DNA from: an uncultured bacterium | GTDB lineage: Bacteria > Zixibacteria > MSB-5A5 > GN15 > FEB-12 | NCBI GenBank assembly: GCA_965372795.1 | Contig: CBDVDR010000015.1 | Coordinates: 21,898-85,897, forward strand | Length of the DNA stretch: 64,000 nucleotides | Direction of reading: 5' to 3' | Shown: piece after piece, positions 19,655 through 29,015 of the stretch | Layout: the number at the start of each line of letters is the position of its first letter | Numbering within the stretch: position 1 is the stretch's first letter | Notes under the pieces: model-generated | The model's database searches: none | Seen by the model: the letters and a program-made list of their open reading frames with translations, nothing else | Told to the model about the DNA's origin: nothing | Translations under genes and position numbers: made by a program

Positions 19655-21781
19655 TTGTCTGAGAAAAAGCCAATCAAGCTTGCCATCCTATGGCATATGC
19701 ACCAACCTAACTATCAGGAACCAAATTCAAAGTATATGGTTATGCCTTGGGTGCGGCTTCATGCCGTCAAAGATTATCTTGATATGCCCTTGATTGCAAG
19801 TAAGTACGAAAATATAAAAACTACCTTTAATTTAGTCCCTTCATTACTTGATCAACTTGATCTTTACCTGAATCAAGGCTCAGACCCCCATTTAGATCTG
19901 TCACGCATTAACGCTGAACATTTAAATGACTCGCAAAAGAAAGAGATTTTAAAAACCTTTTTCTCTGCAAATTTCCCGACGATGATTGAGCCTTATACCC
20001 GTTATAACCAGCTTTATAAAAAAGCAAAAAACAGAGATCAAATTGATTTGTTGCCGGCGCTATTTTCATCCGAAGAAATACGTGACCTGCAGGTATGGTC
20101 AAACCTTTGCTGGATTGATCCTGTCTTTCATCAGGAAGAACCGATTAAATCCCTTTTAGATAAAGGCCGTCATTACTCCGAGGCTGATAAACATGCTCTT
20201 TTGGAGTGGCAGGTTGAACTAATCGGGAAAATCTCGCAGACTTTTAAAAGATTATATAACGAACAGATAATTGATATTTCGTTTACGCCATATTTTCACC
20301 CGATATTGCCTCTTTTGTGCGACAGTAATATTGCTAAAGAAGCAATGCCTCATATTAAACTTCCCCAAAAACAATTTATTCATCCTGAAGATGCCAAATA
20401 TCAAATCGTTGCTTCTATGGATAAATTTCAATCAATGTTTGGACATCAGTTAAATGGGATGTGGCCCTCGGAGGGATCAGTATCAGAGGAAGTTGCCCAG
20501 CTAATTACTGAAGCTGGCATCAAATGGATCGCCACCGATGAAGAAATTTTATATAACTCTATAAGAAAAAGCGGACAATCTACATCGCATCCCGAACTGC
20601 CTTTTGTCTATGAATATGGCAAGGGATTGAAAATATTTTTTAGAAATCATGCTCTTTCTGATAAGATCGGTTTTGTCTATTCCGGTTGGGATGCTGACAA
20701 AGCTGTTTCTGACTTTATCTCAAATTTAAAAAAAATTCGAAATACTCATTTAAAAAATATTGATGATTGCGTCGTCTCTGTCATTTTAGATGGTGAAAAC
20801 TGTTGGGAATATTTCCCCAAAGATGGTCATGACTTCTTAGATGAATTATATCGCTCATTATCAAGGGACAACGAAATCGAACTGGTTACCATGACTGAAG
20901 CGGCTGAAAAAAATAAACCCAAAAAATTGAAATCACTTTTTGCCGGCTCATGGATAAATCATAATTTCAGGATCTGGATTGGACATACCGAAGATAATCA
21001 AGCCTGGGATCTTCTAATGATGACCAGAGACAGGCTGGTTCAATTTGAAAAAGAAAATCCGGAGTTTGATAAACATCTGCGCGAGAAAGCCTGGCGGCAG
21101 ATTTATATCGCAGAAGGATCGGACTGGTGCTGGTGGTATGGTGATGAACATCGAGGTGACCATAATGAGCAATTTGATCTGATTTTTAGAAAACATCTGA
21201 TTGCAGTTTATGAAATCCTGCAGATTGAAACCCCGTCAGTGATGCTTATCCCTATTTTCAAATCAGAAACCGACTATAAAATGCAAATTCCTGATGCTCT
21301 GATTTCGCCCTCAATTGACGGACGGGTTACCCATTTCTATGAATGGTCGGGTGCTGGTATCTATGATTGTGAAATTGCCGGGGATTCCATGCATCGGGTA
21401 GATAGATATGCCTCCAAATTACTCTATGGATATGATCGAGACCATTTTTATATTCGACTTGACTTTATAAATAAAAAAATGGTAGAATCTATTAGAGAAG
21501 CTTTACTGGAAATCCGTATTTCCAAGCCTTTTGAAAAGGTCTTTAAATTAGACTTGAAAAAAAGAAATTTAAAGACTTCAGAAGATGGTTATTGTTATGT
21601 TTATAATGAGATATTTGAAATTGCTTTTGAACGGTCATTCCTTTTTGAAAATGGCTTTGGTGAATTCGAATTTAATTTAAAGTTAATGGATGGAGATAAC
21701 ATTTTAGAACTTTTACCTCTAAATAACTCTATCTCATTAAATTTGCCTGAAAGAAATAAAGAACTATTCTGGCCACTCTAA
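19655..21781 (+). CDS. Glycoside hydrolase family 57
   Basis: LWHMHQP, PWVRLHA.KDY, HPILPL, GMWPSEG, ILDGENCWEY, AEGSDW.WW. Confidence 0.95.
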   Translation: MSEKKPIKLAILWHMHQPNYQEPNSKYMVMPWVRLHAVKDYLDMPLIASKYENIKTTFNLVPSLLDQLDLYLNQGSDPHLDLSRINAEHLNDSQKKEILKTFFSANFPTMIEPYTRYNQLYKKAKNRDQIDLLPALFSSEEIRDLQVWSNLCWIDPVFHQEEPIKSLLDKGRHYSEADKHALLEWQVELIGKISQTFKRLYNEQIIDISFTPYFHPILPLLCDSNIAKEAMPHIKLPQKQFIHPEDAKYQIVASMDKFQSMFGHQLNGMWPSEGSVSEEVAQLITEAGIKWIATDEEILYNSIRKSGQSTSHPELPFVYEYGKGLKIFFRNHALSDKIGFVYSGWDADKAVSDFISNLKKIRNTHLKNIDDCVVSVILDGENCWEYFPKDGHDFLDELYRSLSRDNEIELVTMTEAAEKNKPKKLKSLFAGSWINHNFRIWIGHTEDNQAWDLLMMTRDRLVQFEKENPEFDKHLREKAWRQIYIAEGSDWCWWYGDEHRGDHNEQFDLIFRKHLIAVYEILQIETPSVMLIPIFKSETDYKMQIPDALISPSIDGRVTHFYEWSGAGIYDCEIAGDSMHRVDRYASKLLYGYDRDHFYIRLDFINKKMVESIREALLEIRISKPFEKVFKLDLKKRNLKTSEDGYCYVYNEIFEIAFERSFLFENGFGEFEFNLKLMDGDNILELLPLNNSISLNLPERNKELFWPL

Positions 21782-21809
21782 TACGGTCAGCATCATGGAG
21801 GATGTACAC

Positions 21810-22235
21810 ATGACTGATTCATTTTTCAAAGATAGCGAAAAAGATAATCCCACCGGTGATATACCCGGATTAAATGATGATACCGGGAAAAATAAAACCG
21901 AAAATCAGGCAAAGGAAAGCTTTGCTACCGAAGAGGGACGGATGGCGGCGATTATGGCATACATCCCAATCCTATGCTTTATACCGCTTCTCAATATGAA
22001 AGATAATAAAGAAGCTCAATTCCATGCCCGCCAAGGGGTGCTTCTGTTTTTAGTTGAAATAATTGCTATGGTATTTTTAATTGATAAAATATCAAATATG
22101 GTTTTTACTGGTATTCTGATGCTCGCTTTAGCCCTTTCCTGCGTTGGGATTTATTTTGCGCTTCAAGGCAAAAATTACCGGTTGCCGATTATTGGTGATC
22201 TGGCGGATAAGACCAAGGAGTTTATTGAAAATTAA
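21810..22235 (+). CDS. Membrane protein (DUF4870/Tic20-like)
   Basis: AIMAYIPILCFIPL...FHARQG...ALQGK.YRLPIIGDLA; GGAGG RBS. Confidence 0.8.
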   Translation: MTDSFFKDSEKDNPTGDIPGLNDDTGKNKTENQAKESFATEEGRMAAIMAYIPILCFIPLLNMKDNKEAQFHARQGVLLFLVEIIAMVFLIDKISNMVFTGILMLALALSCVGIYFALQGKNYRLPIIGDLADKTKEFIEN

Positions 22236-22247
22236 ATTACGACCCTT

Positions 22248-23066
22248 ATGAAGAAGTTAAACGCTTATAAATTCATTCTAACTATTTCCATCCTTTCGTC
22301 AGTTTTTATCTCTTGTGCGACAACCGGACCTGGTGGAAAAAAATCTATAATCATTATTTCAACCGCTCAGGAAGTTGCTATCGGGGCCGGGATGGATGAA
22401 GAACTTCGGCAAACTGAAAAAATATTTCCTGACTATCTCTGGCAGAACTATATAAATGAAATTGGGCAAAAAATTGTTGCCGGTTGTGACCGTAAAGATA
22501 TCGAATATAAATTTACTGTCATTGAATCCGATCAAATTAATGCCTTTGCCGCTCCGGGTGGGTTCATTTATTTCTATACCGGTTTAATTAAAGAAATGAA
22601 TAACGAAGCTGAACTTGCGTCTGTGATGGCCCATGAAATATCACACGTTGTCGGACGACATGGAATTAAAAGACTCCAGGCTGCGATGGGTGTTTCAATG
22701 GCTTATCAATTTGTCTTCGGTGGCGAGGGTGCGGGGGAAATTTTGAATACTGTCATTGGTCTGGGGATGGGTTTAATGTTCGCTGATTATAGTCGCGACA
22801 ATGAACGTGAAGCTGACATTTATGGCATACACTATATGATTAAATCAGGATACCATCCCAATGGGATGATAACCATGTTTGATATTCTGGCTGAAAAAGG
22901 CGGAACCGGCGATCTGAATATTTTTGAAAAACTCTCAAGTTCTCACCCCAATACTATCGAAAGAATCAAAAATGCAAAAGCTGAAATTTCTGCTATTCAA
23001 CCAATGAAAACAGGGCTTACTCTTGGAGAAAACAGATTTAAAAATATGCTGAAACGACTAAATTAG
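22248..23066 (+). CDS. M48-family metallopeptidase lipoprotein (BepA/LoiP-like)
   Basis: FISC lipobox, INAFA.PGG, AHEISHV, YSR.NE.EAD, SSHP..IERI. Confidence 0.93.
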   Translation: MKKLNAYKFILTISILSSVFISCATTGPGGKKSIIIISTAQEVAIGAGMDEELRQTEKIFPDYLWQNYINEIGQKIVAGCDRKDIEYKFTVIESDQINAFAAPGGFIYFYTGLIKEMNNEAELASVMAHEISHVVGRHGIKRLQAAMGVSMAYQFVFGGEGAGEILNTVIGLGMGLMFADYSRDNEREADIYGIHYMIKSGYHPNGMITMFDILAEKGGTGDLNIFEKLSSSHPNTIERIKNAKAEISAIQPMKTGLTLGENRFKNMLKRLN

Positions 23067-23290
23067 AAGGATATTTTATTACGTCCAAAGGACATACGGT
23101 AATTTAAAACAAAACTTTATTACAAACCTTCATTTTCATTATTTGCAAACGGTCTTTATTTATTGTCATCTGAGTGCCTATAATTTAAACAATTGGTATA
23201 GAAAATCAGAAACCGGCTGTAAATCAGCCTTAACTATCCGACAATAGATATAAGAATAAATTTGTATTATTTCGGAAATGAGATATTGAT

Positions 23291-24226
23291 ATGACAAAGA
23301 AAAGATTCAAACCAATATATATTATTGCAATTTTACTCCTGTTTGTATTCAATGCAAATAGTTTTGCCGCATCCAAGGGTGGAAGAACCGCTGCTGATTT
23401 TCTGCTTTTAAATTTTGGTGCAAAACCTTCCTCCATGGGTGGAGCTTTCAGTGCCGTAGCCAGTGGTGCCTACGCCCTGCACTGGAATCCGGCAGGATTA
23501 ACCGAGACTGAAAATACTGAAGTTACCATTGGGCATTTCTCACTCTATCAAGATCTTAATCTGGAATATGGTGCCTTTTCAAGAAACATTAATGATAAAG
23601 TTTATCTGGGGGGATCTATTCTGTACCTCGGATATGGAACTATAAATGGATATAATACTGCCGGTGAACCTACCGGTGATATTGACGCTTATGATTTCGC
23701 CGGCGGATTATCTTTAGGTTACAGATTGTCAGAAGAAATTGTCTCCGGTATTTCGGTTAAAATTATCAATCAAAAGTTAGATGATATCTCGGCCTCAACC
23801 GTGGCATTTGATTTTGGAGCAAAATACATCTTCTCAAAAGGTATCCTTGCCCTAACAGTTAAAAATATAGGTCCGAAATTAAAATTTGAAACTGTAGAAG
23901 AAAGACTTCCAATGACGGTCGTTGGAGGTATCGCCTATCCTTTATATAATAATAAAGTGCTGGCTGCCATTGATATTGAAAGAAGAGTCTACGGGACTAT
24001 GCAGATTAAATCCGGTTTTGAGTATAATCATCAAGATAAATACTTCCTCAGATCAGGTTTCTCATATAATCTCGATCAGGAAGATCGTACTCTGTCCTCA
24101 GGTATTAATTTTGGTGCCGGTGTCAAATTAAATCAATTTGTGATCGATTACGCCATTACTTTCAAAGAAAAATATAACTCGGAATTCTTACATCAATTTT
24201 CGCTTTCCTTTTTATCGTTGAAGTAA
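23291..24226 (+). CDS. PorV/PorQ-family outer-membrane protein
   Basis: Signal peptide, TAADFL.LNFGAKPSSMGGAF.A...ALHWNPAGL, AFDFG, NIG, LRSG, DYA strands. Confidence 0.85.
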   Translation: MTKKRFKPIYIIAILLLFVFNANSFAASKGGRTAADFLLLNFGAKPSSMGGAFSAVASGAYALHWNPAGLTETENTEVTIGHFSLYQDLNLEYGAFSRNINDKVYLGGSILYLGYGTINGYNTAGEPTGDIDAYDFAGGLSLGYRLSEEIVSGISVKIINQKLDDISASTVAFDFGAKYIFSKGILALTVKNIGPKLKFETVEERLPMTVVGGIAYPLYNNKVLAAIDIERRVYGTMQIKSGFEYNHQDKYFLRSGFSYNLDQEDRTLSSGINFGAGVKLNQFVIDYAITFKEKYNSEFLHQFSLSFLSLK

Positions 24227-24453
24227 TACCAAAAACATCCCCATTATGTTTTAAGCATAATATCCTTACTTGCATGCAATAAGTTGCAGAGTTTATGCCT
24301 TTTAGTTTACAATAGTGTATAATTTATGAACACCCCTTAAAGTAGACTAATGCGCTCCCTTAATGAAGTTCTACCAGGCAGTGTAAGCCCTAGATAAACA
24401 ACGAGTTAAAAAAGATGAGGTTTTGACAGTTATTATTGTCAATTTGTTATTTT

Positions 24454-24470
24454 TTGGCAAATTATTTGCT
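24454..24470 (+). promoter_or_regulatory. Sigma54 (-24/-12) promoter
   Basis: TTGGCAAATTATTTGCT, exact GG-N10-GC; IHF-like AAACAACGAGTTA about 50 nt upstream. Confidence 0.75.
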
Positions 24471-24542
24471 CTAAGCGGTGTAAAGATAACATGTAAATTT
24501 ATTTACATGCGCAGTGTTTCAATTTGGTAAGCAGAAAAAATA

Positions 24543-25493
24543 ATGAATAGACAAATAGAAAATAAAATTAGTAACCAATCACAGATATCGAATAAAGTTG
24601 CAGTAACATTTACTGGAGATTCTTTTACAAGTGGAATTGCTACCGGTTTTAATGCTCCTGCAAGAGTATATCAACCTGTTTCAGCAACATATAATATTAA
24701 AGAAGCACTAAACTTTTTTTATTGCGAATATTTCAAAGGTCTGCTATTTTTAGGCATTACGATGGCATTTATATTTGTTATTCCAACTGTATTTACCAGA
24801 CAGGGCGGTATCTCAGTAATGTTTAGTCGGATTATTAAAAGATCAATGGATATTGTCGGAGCTATTGTAGGATTGATTCTTACAACTCCGGTGTGGATAT
24901 TATTACCAATTATCATAAAGCTCGATTCAAAGGGTCCGGTTTTTTACTCTCAGGTTCGAGTTGGTATAAATCGTCGTAAAGAAAACCGGCGGATGTACCA
25001 AAAAACCGAGGTTAATGATAATCGGAACAGGGATAGAAGACGGGACGATTATAATGGTTCCACTTTTAAAGTTTTAAAATTCAGAACCATGGTTTCTGAT
25101 GCTGAAAAAAGTTCAGGACCGGTTTGGGCTTCTAAAAATGACCCTCGAATTACGGTAATTGGCAATTTCTTAAGAAAAACCAGACTGGATGAGATTCCCC
25201 AATTTATAAATATCCTGTTTGGGGATATGTCACTTGTTGGTCCTCGTCCGGAAAGACCGACTTTTGTTAAAGATTTATCCGGTAAAGTTGATTCATATAC
25301 TGATCGATTGAAAGTTAAACCGGGACTGACCGGATTAGCTCAGATTACAAACGGATATGACTCTTCAATTGCTGCTGTTGCTGAAAAGGTAAAACATGAT
25401 CTTGAGTATATTGATAATTGGTCTGTTATGACTGATATAAAGATTATTCTTAAGACTTTCATTGTTGTTTTTACCGGTAAAGGTGCCCGTTAG
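24543..25493 (+). CDS. Priming sugar transferase (polyprenyl-phosphate glycosyl-1-phosphate transferase, WcaJ/WbaP C-terminal type)
   Basis: IKRSMDI...DSKGPVFY.Q.RVG...KFRTM...DPRIT.IG.FLRKTRLDEIPQF.N...GDMSLVGPRPERP...KPGLTGLAQ. Confidence 0.95.
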   Translation: MNRQIENKISNQSQISNKVAVTFTGDSFTSGIATGFNAPARVYQPVSATYNIKEALNFFYCEYFKGLLFLGITMAFIFVIPTVFTRQGGISVMFSRIIKRSMDIVGAIVGLILTTPVWILLPIIIKLDSKGPVFYSQVRVGINRRKENRRMYQKTEVNDNRNRDRRRDDYNGSTFKVLKFRTMVSDAEKSSGPVWASKNDPRITVIGNFLRKTRLDEIPQFINILFGDMSLVGPRPERPTFVKDLSGKVDSYTDRLKVKPGLTGLAQITNGYDSSIAAVAEKVKHDLEYIDNWSVMTDIKIILKTFIVVFTGKGAR

Positions 25494-25521
25494 ATTAATT
25501 CATATATATGAGTGATATAAG

Positions 25522-25552
25522 AAAAGCTGTCTTTTTAGACAGCTTTTTTTTT
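25522..25552 (+). terminator. Rho-independent terminator
   Basis: AAAAGCTGTC-TTTTTA-GACAGCTTTTTTTTT. Confidence 0.88.
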
Positions 25553-25627
25553 ACTCTTGTTTTATATAGTTGAATCGTATATTTTTCCGATAAATCTCAT
25601 ATGTTATTACAAGGACGAAATATAAAT

Positions 25628-26365
25628 ATGTTACTAAAAGGGATTTTAGCAATATTCACTTTATTATTGATTTTGACCTTAACTCCTTTGGTTCAAGCGC
25701 AAAATCAGGGCATAGTTTCAGTTGATTCAAATCCGCAGGGAGCTGAAATAACTCTTTCCGGCAATGTCAAAGTTTCCGGTTTAACCCCGGCTACTTTTTC
25801 ACAACTAATGATCGGACAGTATAAACTCGAGATCAATAGAAGAGGGTATGAAAAATATTCTCAAACTGTAATGATTGATCCGGGTCGGCATTTTTCTATC
25901 TCTGCCAATTTATCCAAAAAGACAAGTATCAAAGCTGCTCTGCGTTCGATGGTTATACCCGGATGGGGACAGCGGTATTTTGATAAACGGGCAAAAGGAA
26001 ATTTCCTGACTTTGTTGGCGGCAAGTTCGGTCGTTGCATACCTTATTGCTGATAGTGATTTTGATGACAAGTATGATGATTATCTTCTAAAACTTAATAA
26101 ATTTGATCATCTAGCCATAATCGGTAATATTGTTGAACTCAAACAGGCAGAAGAAGAATTGAATACCGCCTTAAACGAAGCTTATGATGCTGAGAATATC
26201 AGAAGAACATTTATCGGATCAACAATTGCAATTTGGGGTATCTCTATTTTAGATGCTTTGTTTTTCTCGCCTGTGGAAAAAGGTGTTGTTGCTGTTAAAG
26301 GAATTACGATTGAGCCACAGGCTGATTTAAAATCTGTAAGTATAACTTTATCTAAGGCATTTTAA
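25628..26365 (+). CDS. PEGA-domain protein with DUF5683-like C-terminal region
   Basis: Signal peptide, V.VDSNPQGAEI...G.TP...GQYKLEI.RRGYE; AALRSMVIPGWGQRY. Confidence 0.8.
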   Translation: MLLKGILAIFTLLLILTLTPLVQAQNQGIVSVDSNPQGAEITLSGNVKVSGLTPATFSQLMIGQYKLEINRRGYEKYSQTVMIDPGRHFSISANLSKKTSIKAALRSMVIPGWGQRYFDKRAKGNFLTLLAASSVVAYLIADSDFDDKYDDYLLKLNKFDHLAIIGNIVELKQAEEELNTALNEAYDAENIRRTFIGSTIAIWGISILDALFFSPVEKGVVAVKGITIEPQADLKSVSITLSKAF

Positions 26366-26373
26366 GATAAACT

Positions 26374-27924
26374 ATGAAAAAAATATTCATCTTAACAATT
26401 TTAATTGTAGCATTGCTTGGTATAAATAGCTGCGATAGATATTTAGAATCCAACGATCCGGTCAGATCTATTCCGGATATTACAGTTAAACCTATCAATC
26501 TAAGCACTTCTGTTAGTGCCGATGCTGTGACTCTTGCCTGGGAAGTGGAAGATTCAACTGATATAAGTTTGTTTAAGGTTTACGTCTACGACTCAACTTT
26601 TATAGATCAAGTTGATCAAATAAAACCCTTGAAGATTTATAATATTGCTGCTTATCAATATGAGGTTAAAAACCTGACAGTAAATCAAAAATATTATTTT
26701 CAGGTCTCAGCTGTGGTTATTGGCGGATATGAAAGCGAACCATCAGTTGTTGCCACCGCCCGTCCTTCGATTGTATCTATAAACATTAATGATAAAGCAG
26801 AATTCACCAATAACAGAAATGTTCAAATCCAGTTATCGGCCCCGTCAACGGCAACCAATGTTATTCTTTCTGAACAAACAGATTTTTCAGATGCTTCCTT
26901 TGTATCAATGTCAGCAGTTAAATCTTTTACAATATCCGAAGGGGACGGAGTCAAAACCGTCAATGCAAAATTTAAATTTTCCGATGGTTCCGAATCATCC
27001 GGTTTAATTTCCGATATTATTACCCTTGATACTGAAGTCAATATTGATTCAATAACCTTCAGCAGTAATGATACTATTGTTACCGGTGATACTATTATTT
27101 TTAAAATGTTTGCCAATGAGCCGGATGGATTGAGTACTATTTCATTTACCGGTTCTGGAATTCTTGAATTATATGATGATGGAACCCATAATGATGATTT
27201 AGCTGATGATGGAATATATACGACCTATTATAAAGTTCCTGTTAATCAAAATCTGAATCAACAACCTGTTACCGGTAACTTCACCGATGTCGCCGGCAAT
27301 CGAACCTCGCTGATCTCAGCTGATTTATTACAAATTTATAATCTTCCCGGCGGAGTCAATTTATCGGCCCTGGTTCTTTCAACTTATGAAATTTCCCTGA
27401 GCTGGACTCAATCCACCAATAGTGAATTTTTAGCCTACAGAATTTATCGTTCCACTGTTTCTCCGGTTGATGATAACTCGGAGTTGATTGTTTCATTGCC
27501 GGGCAGAGGAACAACCTCATATAATGACAATTCATTGGAAGATGGCACAACCTACTTTTATATTGTCTACGAGGTTTCAACCGCCGGTTTCAGTACCGCC
27601 TCTAATGAAATCAGTGCGGCAACAGAGTTTAATATTGCTCCGGAACCGGTAATCTTGTCAGTCGATTTCCAGGTCGATTCAACCATTGATTTAAGCTGGA
27701 CTACCTCAACTGCTGATGATTTTCAATATTACACTATCTTTAGAGCAGCTGATACAACCGCCGGGGGAGACCTTGATAGCCCCGTATCCTTAAGTATCAT
27801 CAATACAAAGGCAACCACTAATACTGTTTCTATCCCGCCCATTGGTATCAGTTACTATCAAGTCTTTGTCTATGATCGCCACAACGCCTCTGCAGGCTCA
27901 AATATCGTCAAGGTTGAAAGATAA
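26374..27924 (+). CDS. Fibronectin type III repeat lipoprotein with choice-of-anchor X-like Ca-binding motif
   Basis: GINSC lipobox, FN3-like units (VTLAW...YYFQVSAV; ISLSW...YRIYRS...YFYIV; IDLSW...YYQVFV), LYDDGTHNDDLADDGIYT. Confidence 0.8.
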   Translation: MKKIFILTILIVALLGINSCDRYLESNDPVRSIPDITVKPINLSTSVSADAVTLAWEVEDSTDISLFKVYVYDSTFIDQVDQIKPLKIYNIAAYQYEVKNLTVNQKYYFQVSAVVIGGYESEPSVVATARPSIVSININDKAEFTNNRNVQIQLSAPSTATNVILSEQTDFSDASFVSMSAVKSFTISEGDGVKTVNAKFKFSDGSESSGLISDIITLDTEVNIDSITFSSNDTIVTGDTIIFKMFANEPDGLSTISFTGSGILELYDDGTHNDDLADDGIYTTYYKVPVNQNLNQQPVTGNFTDVAGNRTSLISADLLQIYNLPGGVNLSALVLSTYEISLSWTQSTNSEFLAYRIYRSTVSPVDDNSELIVSLPGRGTTSYNDNSLEDGTTYFYIVYEVSTAGFSTASNEISAATEFNIAPEPVILSVDFQVDSTIDLSWTTSTADDFQYYTIFRAADTTAGGDLDSPVSLSIINTKATTNTVSIPPIGISYYQVFVYDRHNASAGSNIVKVER

Positions 27925-27935
27925 ACGGGTATAAA

Positions 27936-28766
27936 ATGAACAGTATTGGATTTATCAATAGATTTATCGGGCTTTTTATTGAGACTATCAAACAGATTGG
28001 TGCCGGAAAAGTCTGGCTGGTTCTTTTTGGTTATTTTTTCATAAACTGGATTATTCTTTTTGCCCACCATAATTTCTATCTGCCGATATTTTATGGAATT
28101 ATATCTGTTTGGACTTCTCTATTTGGGGAGACTTATGCAACCGGATTTATTCATTATCCCGGCCATCTCCAATTTCTCGGATATTTCTTCGGCTGGGGAA
28201 AATTCTTTTTTGCCCTATTTTTCGAAGGTATAATTTTAGCCTATGTTGCCCGTTTATTCTATCTCCGTTATTCTCCTCAAAAAAAATTCACAACTTCCTT
28301 GAAAAAAATCTGGCTCCATTTGGTTATGGCGTGGATCTTAATGAATGGTATATTGCTTCTGATAAGCACACAACTGCCACCCTTGGTTAATGGATTGATT
28401 GTAAATTCACCCCGCCGGGAGCTGATATTCAATTATGGCATTATTCCATTTCTTTATTTTCTGGTTTTTTCATTATTCTTTTTTGTTATACCAATAATTG
28501 CCATTTATGAAGAATCCTTTCTAAAAGCGGTAAAACGCTCATTAACTATATTTATTCAAAATCCCTTAACCTGCTTTTTTATCTCTTTTCTGGTGTTGCT
28601 TGGCCCCATAGTTATATCTTTTGTAACCAACAACCCCACTATAATAATAGAAAAATTTGACCCGGAACTTGTTTACTGGGTCCTGATATTCAGCCTTGTC
28701 ATTGATATCTTTGCAAATTTCTTCTGGATTGGAACTGTTGTCAGGTTCCTTTATGATGAAGAATAA
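27936..28766 (+). CDS. Hypothetical polytopic membrane protein
   Basis: About 6 hydrophobic segments; 11 nt after the FN3 gene. Confidence 0.8.
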   Translation: MNSIGFINRFIGLFIETIKQIGAGKVWLVLFGYFFINWIILFAHHNFYLPIFYGIISVWTSLFGETYATGFIHYPGHLQFLGYFFGWGKFFFALFFEGIILAYVARLFYLRYSPQKKFTTSLKKIWLHLVMAWILMNGILLLISTQLPPLVNGLIVNSPRRELIFNYGIIPFLYFLVFSLFFFVIPIIAIYEESFLKAVKRSLTIFIQNPLTCFFISFLVLLGPIVISFVTNNPTIIIEKFDPELVYWVLIFSLVIDIFANFFWIGTVVRFLYDEE

Positions 28767-29015
28767 TCTTTAAACTACAATTTTAATTTTTAAACTAATT
28801 TTTTGACAGATCCTGCCTGTTTGTCTATTTATGTTTCATCTGTTTCATTATGAAAAGGTTCAGCGTAATTATCTGTTTCATAGGGGAAAGATGAAAAATT
28901 ATGCAGTCATTCATGCATCTTTTTTTTAGAAAAACCGTGTCAGATCAAGATTTTTCCTTTATAAAAAATAATTCCTTCCGATAAAATTTATATACTTGGA
29001 AGGTAGATAAAAAAA

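Noticed and set aside
28832..28881. Three TGTTTCAT copies upstream of the NtrC gene
   Set aside because: Short, AT-rich and irregularly spaced; cannot be told from chance by eye
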